Under the pieces are notes generated by a model. It was not told the DNA's origin and searched no databases. It saw only the letters and a program-made list of their open reading frames with translations. Of a stretch of DNA of 64,000 bases, positions 8,945 through 19,361 are shown in pieces. Positions within the stretch are counted from its first letter, which is position 1; each line of letters starts with the position of its first letter. Made by a program: the position numbers and the translations under genes. Source of the stretch: Patescibacteria group bacterium (GTDB lineage Bacteria; Patescibacteriota; Patescibacteriia; UBA9934; GWF2-40-263); the NCBI GenBank assembly GCA_041661745.1, contig JBAZTR010000002.1:132368-196367 (forward strand), written 5' to 3'.

Positions 8945-10366
8945 ATGAAAAAAAGCGAACTTTTTCTTACCTTCCTTTTACTGCCTTTGGATATTTCAGC
9001 AATTGTTGCCGGCGGTCTAACAGCCTATGCCCTGCGCTTTCACCCGGCTTTAGCCGAAATAAAGCCGGTCATCTTTCAGCTACCGCTTGATCGCTACGCC
9101 GGTATTCTGGCCTTGGCCGTGGTGTTATGGATTGTTGTTTTTGCTTTCGCTGGACTATACAACACCCACCCCCGTCCTTTAAAAAAAGAATTGGTCCGCC
9201 TTTTTATTGCTTCGGCAGCCAGCATGGCGGTAATTTTTTCTGTCTTGTTTTTCTCACGTTCTTTTTTTGAATCGCGTTTTATTGTCATGGCTGGCTGGGC
9301 TTTAGCCCTAGCCTTTACGGGGTTGGAACGCGTGGCCATACGCCTGTTGCAACGAGCTCTATTAGTCTGGGGTATTGGCATACACCGTGTGGTTGTAATA
9401 GGTAAAAACAAAACTGCCGAAGCCTTAATTAAAGAATTTAAACACAAGGGCCGCCTGGGTTTTAGAGTTATAGCTCACCTTGCCAAATACGACGAATCGA
9501 CCCAAAAAGTTTTAGCTGATTTAGTAAAAAAGGATGCTGTTGATGAAATTCTTTTAACCGATCAAAATGTTTCGCGCGAAGATACCCTCGAGCTTTTGGC
9601 TTTCACTGATGCTGAACATATTTCTTTCAAATACACGGCTGATTTGTTTGCCGCGGCCATTGGTCGTACTGACATTGGCACTTACGCCGGCATTCCGGTC
9701 GTGGAAATTCGCAAAACTCCGCTTGATGGTTGGGGGGCAATTTACAAAAGATTTTTTGATATCGCTGTTTCTCTAACTTTAATTGTCATTACCTTACCTA
9801 TTCAAATCATCACGGTTATCGCCCTTTTTATTGAACAGCCCGGACGAGTTCTTTTCTCGCGTTTGCCTGATGGTAAAAAAACCGTTCGCGTCGGACAACA
9901 TGGAAAAAACTTTCACTATTTTAAATTTCGTTCAATGATCAAGGATGCTCACAAATACCGCTTTGATCCTGACTTTATAAAAAAATACGGCAACGAACGT
10001 GAGGGCACGCCGCTCTTTAAACTTAAAGATGATCCGCGCATCACTCCCGTTGGCCGTTTTATTCGCAAATTCAGTATTGACGAATTACCGGAATTTTATT
10101 TGGTCTTTTTTGGCCGTATGTCGCTTATTGGTCCACGACCACACCTGCCGGAAGAGGTGGCCGAATACAAACCACATCATCGTCGCGTTTTAACCATTAA
10201 ACCGGGCATTACTGGCTTAGCCCAAATCAGCGGTCGGGCTGACCTTGATTTTGAGGACGAAGTGCGGTTAGATACTTACTACATCGAACATTGGAGCCCT
10301 TGGCTCGATTTAACGATTTTACTCAGAACACCCTTTGTTGTCCTATTTGGACACGAAGGGGGGTAG
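8945..10366 (+). CDS. Polyprenyl-phosphate sugar phosphotransferase (WbaP / bacterial sugar transferase family)
   Basis: N-terminal TM helices plus a C-terminal bacterial-sugar-transferase domain (SIDELPEF..LIGPRP). Confidence 0.8.
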   Translation: MKKSELFLTFLLLPLDISAIVAGGLTAYALRFHPALAEIKPVIFQLPLDRYAGILALAVVLWIVVFAFAGLYNTHPRPLKKELVRLFIASAASMAVIFSVLFFSRSFFESRFIVMAGWALALAFTGLERVAIRLLQRALLVWGIGIHRVVVIGKNKTAEALIKEFKHKGRLGFRVIAHLAKYDESTQKVLADLVKKDAVDEILLTDQNVSREDTLELLAFTDAEHISFKYTADLFAAAIGRTDIGTYAGIPVVEIRKTPLDGWGAIYKRFFDIAVSLTLIVITLPIQIITVIALFIEQPGRVLFSRLPDGKKTVRVGQHGKNFHYFKFRSMIKDAHKYRFDPDFIKKYGNEREGTPLFKLKDDPRITPVGRFIRKFSIDELPEFYLVFFGRMSLIGPRPHLPEEVAEYKPHHRRVLTIKPGITGLAQISGRADLDFEDEVRLDTYYIEHWSPWLDLTILLRTPFVVLFGHEGG

Positions 10367-10367
10367 T

Positions 10368-11453
10368 ATGAAATTAGCTTTAGTTCACGATCACCTTATC
10401 CAAGACGGAGGAGCGGAAAAGGTGCTAAGGGTCATGCAAGACATTTGGCCCAAGGCACCCACTTACGCTCTCTTTTATGATAAAAACAATTTCCCTGACT
10501 TTCAGGAAAAGGAAATTAGGACTTCGTTTTTACAAAAACTCCCCCTGGCTTTAAAAAAATATCAGTGGTATATCGGCCTTATGCCGGCCGCAACCGAAGG
10601 TCACAATCTTTCGGAATTTGATGTTGTGGTTTCCAGTTCCAGTGCTTTCAGCAAAGGCGTCATTACCCGTCCCGACGCCAAACATATTTGTTATTGTCAC
10701 ACCCCGACGCGCTATCTTTGGAGCGACACCCACAGCTATGTGGCCGAATTGCGCGCCCCAAAAATTCTAAAGATGTTTTTACCACCAGTTCTCTCTCGTC
10801 TCCGTTCGTGGGATCAAATAGCCGCTCAACGTGTCGATCTTTTTGTCGCTAATTCTAAAACCGTTCAGGAAAGAATCAAAAAATATTATGGTCGCGATTC
10901 CGTGGTAATCCATCCACCAGTGGAGACGGAAAAATTTTCCATAAGTCATGAACCAAAAAAATATTTTCTGGTCGGTGGTCGCCTGGTGCCATACAAGCGT
11001 TACGATTTAATCGTCGAAGCCTTTAATCGCACCGGACTGCCCCTTAAAATTTTCGGAACAGGCCCAATGGAAGCTGATTTAAAAAAACAAGCCAAAGGAA
11101 ATATTGAATTTCTTGGTCGAATTTCTGACGAAGAACGTGCCAAGTTATATTCGGGCTGTCTGGCTTTCTTACATCCACAAGAAGAGGACTTTGGCATTAC
11201 CGCGGTTGAGGCCATGGCCGCCGGCCGACCGGTTATCGCCTTAAAAAAAGGCGGAGCCACGGAAACCGTGGTCGAAGGTGTAACTGGCGAATTTTTCGAA
11301 GAACAAATTTGGGAGGAATTGGCTGATCGTGTTCTTCGTTTTGATGAGACAAAATATAATCCAGAAGTCATTAAAGCCCATGCGGAAAAATTCGGGGTGG
11401 AACAGTTTAAACAACAAATGAGACATTTGGTGGAACGAATGGCTGGTGTATGA
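10368..11453 (+). CDS. Glycosyltransferase family 4
   Basis: EEDFGITAVEAMAAGRPVIA motif (GT4 E-x7-E region). Start at ATG 10368. Confidence 0.8.
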   Translation: MKLALVHDHLIQDGGAEKVLRVMQDIWPKAPTYALFYDKNNFPDFQEKEIRTSFLQKLPLALKKYQWYIGLMPAATEGHNLSEFDVVVSSSSAFSKGVITRPDAKHICYCHTPTRYLWSDTHSYVAELRAPKILKMFLPPVLSRLRSWDQIAAQRVDLFVANSKTVQERIKKYYGRDSVVIHPPVETEKFSISHEPKKYFLVGGRLVPYKRYDLIVEAFNRTGLPLKIFGTGPMEADLKKQAKGNIEFLGRISDEERAKLYSGCLAFLHPQEEDFGITAVEAMAAGRPVIALKKGGATETVVEGVTGEFFEEQIWEELADRVLRFDETKYNPEVIKAHAEKFGVEQFKQQMRHLVERMAGV

Positions 11454-12592
11454 AAATCGTCATCGACATTAGACATCTGACCAAACCAGAACCCAGTGGG
11501 GTCGGACAATACACAACAGAGCTGCTTAAAGCTCTTTTTGCTTTAGATAAGGAAAACGAATATTTTCTTTTTTCCAGCGGTTCTAATCGCGCCAAAGCCA
11601 ATCTGCCAGTTTTCGATTATCCGAATGTTAAATCAATTCATCTAAATCTCCCCAACCGCCTTCTTAATCTTTCGCTGCTAACAACCGGCCGACCAAAATT
11701 CGATGAAATAATTACCAATAAAATCGGTGCGGGTGAAAAACTTCTTTTCTTTTTTCCTAACCTGAATATTATTTCTCTTTCTCCCGGGACGTCGTATGTC
11801 CTGACTCTGCATGATCTGTCGTTTGAATTTTTCCCCGAGCTGTACAATCCAAAAGCCCGCTTGTGGCATCGTCTCACTCGCGCTCGAGCCCTGGCCCAAA
11901 ACGCAAAAGCGATAATTGTTCCTTCGAAGTCAGCCGCTCATGATGTTAACTTTGTTTTCGGCGTACCAAAAGAAAAAATCTTTGTCGTGCCGCACGGTGT
12001 TGATCCTCGTTTTTCGCAAAAAATTGAAGCGCAAGATTCTGGGGTTCGTTCGCGCTACCATTTACCAAAAAAATTCGCCCTGTTTGTCGGCACACTTGAA
12101 CCTCGCAAAAATATCGCTCTAATGATAGAAGCGGTTGCGGCCTACCGCAAAGAAACTAAGGACGATCTTCGTTTGGTTCTGGTTGGCAAACCGACAAAAT
12201 ACAGCCAACGCTTAATAACTCGTAAACATAAAGAATTTATCCATGAGCTCGGTTACGCCCGCAGCCAAGACCTCCCCGCTCTTTTCCGTCTAGCCGATGT
12301 TACTTTGTTTCCCTCGCTCTACGAAGGTTTTGGTTTACCAATTGTCGAATCAATGGCCTGTGGTACGCCAGTTATTGCCGGAAAAACCTCGTCTATGCCC
12401 GAGGTTGGCGGCCGAGCGGCTCTTTATATTGATCCGCACAAAACCAACGATTTAACCGCAGCCCTACGTGAATTGTTGAGTTCACCAGAATTACAAAGAC
12501 AAAAAATTGCTCAAGGACTGGAAAGATCAGGGGATTTTAATTGGCAAAAGGCGGCGGCCGCCACCCTTGCTGTTTTTAACTCTCTTTCGTAA
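11450..12592 (+). CDS. Glycosyltransferase family 4
   Basis: YEGFGLPIVESMACGTPVIAG motif. Overlaps the previous gene by 4 nt, which suggests an operon. Confidence 0.8.
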   Translation: MKIVIDIRHLTKPEPSGVGQYTTELLKALFALDKENEYFLFSSGSNRAKANLPVFDYPNVKSIHLNLPNRLLNLSLLTTGRPKFDEIITNKIGAGEKLLFFFPNLNIISLSPGTSYVLTLHDLSFEFFPELYNPKARLWHRLTRARALAQNAKAIIVPSKSAAHDVNFVFGVPKEKIFVVPHGVDPRFSQKIEAQDSGVRSRYHLPKKFALFVGTLEPRKNIALMIEAVAAYRKETKDDLRLVLVGKPTKYSQRLITRKHKEFIHELGYARSQDLPALFRLADVTLFPSLYEGFGLPIVESMACGTPVIAGKTSSMPEVGGRAALYIDPHKTNDLTAALRELLSSPELQRQKIAQGLERSGDFNWQKAAAATLAVFNSLS

Positions 12593-12679
12593 TTTTAGAT
12601 GCTTGATACAGACCCTTATCTCTGAAAAATCGGAAACAAAGGCCTTTACCAAATCGGACCAGCTTCAAGAAGGTGACAA

Positions 12680-13342
12680 ATGGAGGAAAACAAAAAGAAC
12701 GGTCTCGGGGACCTAAAAAAAGCCTCACGATCGTGGCTAAAGAACACGCTCCTGTTGTCGCTAATTATTGGCTCTGTGGCGACCCTCCTGGCTACTCTGG
12801 TCTTCAAAGAACCAACATGGAAGGACAATCTTCTGGTAGTCTCAAGTTTCATGATAACCAGTCTCACGACCTTCACCACAATAATGAGTATTAAACTCCT
12901 AAGGTTTGACTGGCACCCGGTCTTTCTCACCCGACAACTCGCCTTAAAAAATGAAGCTATCGAAAAGCTGACTGGGGAACGTGATCGGTTGGCCTTTGCC
13001 GCTGACCACTTAATCGCGGCTCTGGTCCAAGAGGTTCTACTGCCTCTCTGGAGACACCGCGATGAACAATCGGTGTATGATCCAATTGCACAACAGATCG
13101 GGGTGCTCGTCCTCAGACTTGCTGAAAGAATACCTGATCATGTTATGTCCAGTGGAAACTTCATTGGGCTCTTTGAGAACGAGGCAGGCCTGGTCAGGAG
13201 TATCTTCGACACAGCGACCAACCTTGGAGTAGTCGACTCGGCCAGCCCGTTAATCAAAGAACTCAGATTCTGGCTCAACATTGCCGCGGCCGAAGAACCA
13301 AGACAACCACCGCCAGACGACGATCTTCTCTCCGACCACTGA
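12680..13342 (+). CDS. Hypothetical membrane protein
   Basis: 220-aa ORF with two N-terminal hydrophobic segments. No recognisable motif. Confidence 0.4.
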   Translation: MEENKKNGLGDLKKASRSWLKNTLLLSLIIGSVATLLATLVFKEPTWKDNLLVVSSFMITSLTTFTTIMSIKLLRFDWHPVFLTRQLALKNEAIEKLTGERDRLAFAADHLIAALVQEVLLPLWRHRDEQSVYDPIAQQIGVLVLRLAERIPDHVMSSGNFIGLFENEAGLVRSIFDTATNLGVVDSASPLIKELRFWLNIAAAEEPRQPPPDDDLLSDH

Positions 13343-13375
13343 AAGGTGGCCGGATTTTTTATCTATTGGTATTAA

Positions 13376-13482
13376 AGGGTTTTGAAGGGTTGGGAAGAGT
13401 TAGGAAGGGTTATTGAGATATATTTCTCTCATAAAAAAGTCCATCCCCCTTCTCAACCCTTCAAGACACTTCCAAACCCAAC
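13376..13482. repeat. Inverted arrays of degenerate GAAGGGTT octamers around an AT-rich core
   Basis: Left arm GGGTTTTGAAGGGTTGGGAAGAGTTAGGAAGGGTT. Right arm CCCTTCTCAACCCTTCAAGACACTTCCAAACCCAACC. Confidence 0.6.
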
Positions 13483-13535
13483 CAATGTTGATAACTTCTG
13501 AACAGCTAGCCAAAAATTTGATATAATAAAGTCGC

Positions 13536-14645
13536 ATGAAAATCGGAATTGACGCAAGAATGTATGGGCCAAAGGTGGGGGGCGGTGGTCTTGGGCGCTA
13601 TGTTGAACAACTAGTGACCAAATTGCAAGAAATTGACCAAGAAAACCGCTATATTTTGTTTCTAAAGAAGGAAAATTTTCACCTCTGCCCCATTACTAAT
13701 CCTAACTTTGAAAAACGCCTGGCCGATGTCCCGTGGTATTCCTTTGCCGAACAGTGGGTTCTACCAAGAATAATTGACCGCGAAAGGCTTGATTTGGTTC
13801 ATTTCCCTCACTGGAACATTCCTCTGCTCATTAAAACCCCATTTGTCGTAACTATTCATGATTTGATTCTTTTGGATGATCTCTCCTCAGCCAAAGCCAC
13901 AACTTTGGGACCGGTTCTTTACGCCATTAAACGTTTTGCCTACCGCACCACTTTAATAAATGTCGTTTCAATGAGCGAAAAAATTATCGCCGTTTCCGAG
14001 GCCACCAAACTTTCTATTTTGAAACATTTTCCCAAGGCTAATCAAAAAAAGATCGAAGTGGTTTACGAAGGAGTAATCACTCTTCAGTCTCCCCAGTCTC
14101 TTCAGTCCCCTCAGTCCCTCCTTTATGTCGGTAATTCCTATCCACACAAAAACCTGAAAACCTTACTCGACGCTTTCAAAACATTTTCTGAAAAAAATCC
14201 CGAAGCAAAGCTGATCATGGCCGGGCACAAAGATTTATTCTCCGAAGCGATTGAAAAATACGCACGAGAAAAACAAATAACCAAGGTTGAGTTCTTCCGA
14301 GATATCGATGATACAAAATTAGCTGAACTTTACGCTGAGGCTAAGCTCTATATCTTTCCTTCGCGTCTGGAGGGCTTTGGTCTGCCGGCTCTGGAAGCTA
14401 TGAGTATGAAAGTACCGGTCATTGCTGCCCGAGCTGGCTCGCTGCCTGAAGTGTTGGGCGAGGCCGCGGAATATTTTGACCCGGATAACACCACTGAACT
14501 GGTCGACTTAATGGAAAAACTTTGGCATGACGAAAATCATCGCAACGAACTGATTGCTAAAGGCCTTGAACAAATCAAAAAATACTCTTGGAAAAAAATG
14601 GCGGAGGAGATCAAAAAAATTTATCAAAAGGGACTAGGTGACTGA
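13536..14645 (+). CDS. Glycosyltransferase family 4 with internal SPQSLQ repeat
   Basis: FPSRLEGFGLPALEAMSMKVPVIAA motif. In-frame repeat SPQSLQSPQSL encoded by CTCAGTC-type octamers at 14082-14122. Confidence 0.8.
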   Translation: MKIGIDARMYGPKVGGGGLGRYVEQLVTKLQEIDQENRYILFLKKENFHLCPITNPNFEKRLADVPWYSFAEQWVLPRIIDRERLDLVHFPHWNIPLLIKTPFVVTIHDLILLDDLSSAKATTLGPVLYAIKRFAYRTTLINVVSMSEKIIAVSEATKLSILKHFPKANQKKIEVVYEGVITLQSPQSLQSPQSLLYVGNSYPHKNLKTLLDAFKTFSEKNPEAKLIMAGHKDLFSEAIEKYAREKQITKVEFFRDIDDTKLAELYAEAKLYIFPSRLEGFGLPALEAMSMKVPVIAARAGSLPEVLGEAAEYFDPDNTTELVDLMEKLWHDENHRNELIAKGLEQIKKYSWKKMAEEIKKIYQKGLGD

Positions 14646-14728
14646 AGAGACTGAGATACTGAGTTATGGAAAATCCATAAACTCAGTCCCTCAGTGCCGC
14701 CAGTATCACAGTCCCCCAAACCAAACCA
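14641..14728. repeat. Inverted arrays of degenerate ACTGAG heptamers around a small palindromic core
   Basis: ACTGAAGAGACTGAGATACTGAG .. ATGGAAAATCCAT .. CTCAGTCCCTCAGTGCCGCCAGTATCACAGTCCCCC. Confidence 0.6.
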
Positions 14729-14746
14729 CTCCTGCTTGTCGGAGTT

Positions 14747-17494
14747 ATGGAGGTCAAACGCAAAATAAAAAATAAGAAGAAGCTCGCGGCTAAAAAGCCG
14801 GCGGTTTTGCGTTATCGCGCCCCAAAAACCACCAAGATGTTCGACGAAGGCGTGCCAGCTAATCTTCTTAATTTCTCCGGCTTAAAATTAAATAAACCAA
14901 CAATAAAATTTACCGAGCGAACCGACCTGTCGCCGTTTATTGTCTCTTTTGTTTCAGAAAAACCGGCTATTGAGGAATTGCCGTTGGCCCAATTAAATTT
15001 TGCCGTTCCTGAATACGAATTTCGTCCAATTAAAACAGCTGCAGACGAGTCTTTATTGCACGAAGACTTGCTCGAACAATTTTTAGAAGAGGAACGCACG
15101 CCGTTCCGCTCAAAAAAAATCATACCAGCCGCCGCGCCCGTTTGGCCATCGTTTGAATCAATTAAACAGGCACTGCGAAACTTCACCGGTCGTGAAGAAA
15201 TCATTGAACCGGTCGTCGCCCGATTTGATTTAGATGTTCTTCAACCAGTTTATTCAAAACCAGCCATGATTGTTGAAGAAAAAATTGAGGAAAAACAAAA
15301 CGAATACATTGCTCAGTTCGACTTGCCGGAAATGGAAGAAAACGAAACCGCGGAATCAGAAATTTTAACTTGGGACGATGTTGTTCGTTCCACCATCAAA
15401 GAAGGACCACAGGTTTTTGAGGAAACCGAGGAAGAAATTGAAGCTGAAGAAAAACCAGTCAGTTGGCTTGAATGGTGGAGCACGGTTAAGGTCCCTGTTC
15501 ATTTCGGTTCCCTCGAAATGTCGGCTGGCTGGCATCGCGCCCTAGTGGCTTTTGTCTTGTTATCTTTCGTGTTTGTTCTACCGCTCCACGCCATGGAAAC
15601 AATTCACGACTTACAGAGTGTTAAAAATAATTTATCATCAGCCGGCGTTTCCGCGGTTACTAAACTAAACGAAGCCGTCTTACAGATTACGGCCAATTCC
15701 GCTTCAGCCGCTACTTCATTTGAAGCGGCCAAAAAAGATTTCAGTGCGGCTCGCTCAAATATTGAAAGTCTAAACACCACCGCCGAATTACTTCTTTCTG
15801 TTCTGCCTTCAACCCACAAAGTTTACACTTCCGGCGTCAATTTAATTTCAGCCGGTGAAGAAATCTCCTCGGCTGGTGAAAAAATAAGTCAGGGTCTTTC
15901 CGCCATGCAGACTGATGGGCTGGATACAACCGGCAAGCTAGCAATTTTAACCAAAACTTTCGAAGCGGTTCTGCCAGCGTTGGAACGCGCTGAAAAAAAT
16001 CTTAAAAAAGTTGATCCAACTGTTCTGCCAGCTGAATATCAAGACCGTTTTTCTGAATTACAAACCCTTCTCCCCAGTTTCCTTGCTTCGGCTAAAAACG
16101 TCACGGAATTTTCCGATGTTTTGGCCACCCTACTCGGCGCCGAAGGAAAAAAACGTTATCTACTTCTCTTTCAAAACAACACCGAGATAAGACCAACTGG
16201 TGGTTTTATCGGCAGTTTTGCTATTCTTGATGTTTCGCACGGTGAAATCACCAACTTAGAAGTACCAGAAGGCGGCAGCTACGATTTACAGGGCTCGCTT
16301 AAAGAAAATATCGTTGCCCCGTTACCGTTACAATTAATTTCCGCACGTTGGGAATTTCAGGACAGCAACTGGTTCCCTGATTTCCCCACCTCGGCGCGCC
16401 AAGCCCTAGAATTTTACGAGGATGCCGGTTGGCCGACGGTTGATGGCGTTGTGGCTGTAAACGCAACTTTTGTTTCATCCCTTTTGTCATTACTCGGACC
16501 AGTCGAAATGAGTGAATACGACCGAACCATTGATTCGGAAAACTTTTTGTTTGAAACACAAAAAATGGTTGAGACTGATTACGTTAATTATCAAGATGAA
16601 ACCAGCGAGCGCGAGGAGGCCGCCCCCAAAGCTTTCATTGGTGACCTGGCCGAAGCCCTACTTAGCCGAGTTGGTGATCTCGACACGGCCTTTTTGTTAC
16701 AAGCGCTTGATGCGATTCAAAGCGGTTTGACTCAAAAAGATATTCAACTTTATTTCCCCGACGAAGCAATTCAAAAAGTCGCACAAAAACTGGATTGGAC
16801 CGGCGAAATAAAACAAACCGATCGCGATTACCTAATGATCACCGACACTAACTTGGGCGGCGGAAAAACCGATTTGATTATCAGCGAAAAAGTTGATCTT
16901 AAGGTTTCCGTTCAACCCGATGGTCGCATTATCAACACGCTTACCATTAATCGAAAACACAACGGTATTAACGGAGCCATGTTTACCGGCGTCAATAATG
17001 TAAATTTCATGCGGGTATACGTACCAAAGGGCAGTCGACTTATTTCATCCAATGGTTTTTCCATTCCCGATGTTTCATTGTTTGAAAAACCTGGAGCTGA
17101 CTGGGAACGCGATGTTGATGTTCTATTTGGTGAAGAAAATACTGAAGTCGATCCGATTAGCGGCACCATGGTTAGCGAGGAAGCCGGTAAAACGGTTTTT
17201 GGTAACTGGACACAAACCCGACCAGGCGAAGCTTCAATAATAACTTTTGTCTACGAGTTGCCGTTTGATTTATCCCAACCAACCGGACTTGTTCAAATGG
17301 TAAAAGATAAGGTTGGTTTATCTAGCGGGCTTACTTATTCTCTTTTAACCCAAAAACAATCGGGTTTTCTTGATCGTCAGACCTCCGTTACGGTTGATGC
17401 CCCGAATTTAAAAACGGTCTGGTCATCGGAAGCTACCAATCAAAACACTTTCAGCAACGAAACCGATTCCTTCATAAGTTTTGTCTTTGAGTAA
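14747..17494 (+). CDS. DUF4012-domain protein (large secreted/membrane protein of glycan clusters)
   Basis: 915 aa with a TM segment. NTEIRPTGGFIGSFAILD and WEFQDSNWFPDFP motifs are typical of DUF4012. Confidence 0.55.
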   Translation: MEVKRKIKNKKKLAAKKPAVLRYRAPKTTKMFDEGVPANLLNFSGLKLNKPTIKFTERTDLSPFIVSFVSEKPAIEELPLAQLNFAVPEYEFRPIKTAADESLLHEDLLEQFLEEERTPFRSKKIIPAAAPVWPSFESIKQALRNFTGREEIIEPVVARFDLDVLQPVYSKPAMIVEEKIEEKQNEYIAQFDLPEMEENETAESEILTWDDVVRSTIKEGPQVFEETEEEIEAEEKPVSWLEWWSTVKVPVHFGSLEMSAGWHRALVAFVLLSFVFVLPLHAMETIHDLQSVKNNLSSAGVSAVTKLNEAVLQITANSASAATSFEAAKKDFSAARSNIESLNTTAELLLSVLPSTHKVYTSGVNLISAGEEISSAGEKISQGLSAMQTDGLDTTGKLAILTKTFEAVLPALERAEKNLKKVDPTVLPAEYQDRFSELQTLLPSFLASAKNVTEFSDVLATLLGAEGKKRYLLLFQNNTEIRPTGGFIGSFAILDVSHGEITNLEVPEGGSYDLQGSLKENIVAPLPLQLISARWEFQDSNWFPDFPTSARQALEFYEDAGWPTVDGVVAVNATFVSSLLSLLGPVEMSEYDRTIDSENFLFETQKMVETDYVNYQDETSEREEAAPKAFIGDLAEALLSRVGDLDTAFLLQALDAIQSGLTQKDIQLYFPDEAIQKVAQKLDWTGEIKQTDRDYLMITDTNLGGGKTDLIISEKVDLKVSVQPDGRIINTLTINRKHNGINGAMFTGVNNVNFMRVYVPKGSRLISSNGFSIPDVSLFEKPGADWERDVDVLFGEENTEVDPISGTMVSEEAGKTVFGNWTQTRPGEASIITFVYELPFDLSQPTGLVQMVKDKVGLSSGLTYSLLTQKQSGFLDRQTSVTVDAPNLKTVWSSEATNQNTFSNETDSFISFVFE

Positions 17495-17495
17495 T

Positions 17496-19346
17496 ATGTC
17501 AGTTCTCTCCCGTCGAAAGCGACCTTACAATCGTGTTTCTAAAAGTCTAGAAAAAAGCCTGAAAGATATCTACAGTCATGACGGTGATTTAAACATGACT
17601 AAGATTGATCGTCACAAACGGTCCCGCTTGACCGCTTTTTTAATTCGCCTGGTCGGCGTTCTTTTTCTTTTGGCTTTAATTTCTTGGGGTGGTTTTCTAT
17701 GGTGGCAATCTAATCCAACTTCAACCAGCCAACCGCTCAGGGCGGAAATTGAAACACCACAAACCATTACTTCAGGGGCAACTTCGTGTTTCAAGGTGCG
17801 TTACGAAAACGCCGGCCGTGTGCCGATTGCCGCTTTGTCTGTTTCAATTAATCTCCCCGAGACTTTCACCTTAAAGGAAGCTAAACCGGAAGCAACTGGA
17901 GAAAATTATCAATGGACCTTATCGCCCCTCGGCGTTGGTTCGGACGGTTCGGTCGACCTTTGTGGTATCTTCCGTTCTGTCACCCCCGGTTCGGAAAAAA
18001 TCCAAGCTGTCTTTACTTATCGGGCAGCTAATTTCAGTTCTGATTTTCAAGATATCGCCGGCACAACCGTGACTATTGAAAAATCTATTCTAGCCCTTGA
18101 AGTAACCGGGGCAACCGAAACCGTAGTCGGCGATCAAACCATTTATACGGCTAAAATAAAAAATAACGATACCGAAACAACAGAAAATCTTCGACTGCGC
18201 GCCGTCTTGCCAGAATCGTTTACCATTACTTCCGCCGATCCGGCCGTCTCCGAAATTGGCTCGGCTTACTGGGACTTCACCACTCTGCAACCGGGCGAAG
18301 AAAAAACCATCACCTTTACCGGCTCGTTCACCAGCTCGGCTTCGGGGATTTTGCCGATTACTATGGAGGCCGGTTTCTTAAACGCCAAAAAAGATTTTAT
18401 CGAGCAAGCGGAGAGCAAGACTGAGACAAAAGTCATGGGCGGCGACCTGGCCTTTAACCTTATCGTCAATGGCTCAGACAAGGAACAGACCGTTGATTTA
18501 AGCAGTCGGTTACGTTTATCACTTTCCTATACCAATCGCGGTGGGGAAACTATGGAAGATGTTTCTTTTGCCCTGACTATCGAAAGTGGTGGAAAAACCA
18601 TTCCGATTGATTTTCAAAATTCCGATCTTGTCGGAGGAAGTAAAACCGGCAATACCATTACTTGGAACAAAACAAACACGGCTGGGTTGGCTCTTCTTTC
18701 TCCAAGCGCTTCCGGAACGGTTGACCCGGTTCTAATTGCTGTCAGTTCGCTTGATCCAAACACCACTGCCGACTCCATTACTCTCCTTGTTAAGGCCTTA
18801 GTCGGAAAAGTTAATGGTACGGTCACGACCAGAACAATTTCTTCCACACCATTAACAATAAAATTTAATTCTGATGCCAAACTTTTAACCGAAGCACGTT
18901 ACTTTGATCGCGATGGTAACTCGCTTGGCTCGGGCCCCTTACCGCCAACCGTTGATGAGGTTACAACCTATCGAATTTTCTGGACAATCGAAAATAAATT
19001 GCACGATTTAAATAATCTTTCCACCACCATGAACCTGCCAGCCAACGTGGCCTGGACTAACAATGTCCAAGCCGACAGTGGTTCAATCACTTTCAACGAA
19101 ACAACCAGACAAGTAACTTGGACGGTTAGTTCTCTCGCTAAAAGTGCCGCCTCGACTTCAACTTGGTTCGACTTGGCTATCACTCCTTCGGTCAGTGACA
19201 TTGGTTCATTCATCAACCTGACTAATCCAGCCGCTTTCGAGGCCACCGATGCCTCGACTGGTGATACTGTTCACGACTCGACTGATACATTAACCACCGC
19301 CCTGCCCTTCGACGAGTTAGCTGAAGGTAAAGGAGTGGTGGAATAA
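17496..19346 (+). CDS. Hypothetical cell-surface protein with N-terminal TM anchor and repeated beta-sandwich (DUF11/CARDB-like) segments
   Basis: ATG at 17496 right after the upstream stop. TM helix, then Thr/Ser-rich repetitive segments. Confidence 0.5.
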   Translation: MSVLSRRKRPYNRVSKSLEKSLKDIYSHDGDLNMTKIDRHKRSRLTAFLIRLVGVLFLLALISWGGFLWWQSNPTSTSQPLRAEIETPQTITSGATSCFKVRYENAGRVPIAALSVSINLPETFTLKEAKPEATGENYQWTLSPLGVGSDGSVDLCGIFRSVTPGSEKIQAVFTYRAANFSSDFQDIAGTTVTIEKSILALEVTGATETVVGDQTIYTAKIKNNDTETTENLRLRAVLPESFTITSADPAVSEIGSAYWDFTTLQPGEEKTITFTGSFTSSASGILPITMEAGFLNAKKDFIEQAESKTETKVMGGDLAFNLIVNGSDKEQTVDLSSRLRLSLSYTNRGGETMEDVSFALTIESGGKTIPIDFQNSDLVGGSKTGNTITWNKTNTAGLALLSPSASGTVDPVLIAVSSLDPNTTADSITLLVKALVGKVNGTVTTRTISSTPLTIKFNSDAKLLTEARYFDRDGNSLGSGPLPPTVDEVTTYRIFWTIENKLHDLNNLSTTMNLPANVAWTNNVQADSGSITFNETTRQVTWTVSSLAKSAASTSTWFDLAITPSVSDIGSFINLTNPAAFEATDASTGDTVHDSTDTLTTALPFDELAEGKGVVE

Positions 19347-19361
19347 ACGAACAAAAACTAA

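Noticed and set aside
8860-9090. ORF 8860..9090 (plus)
   Set aside because: It overlaps the 5' end of the RNase P RNA candidate and the true start of the sugar transferase gene (8945). There is no independent support.
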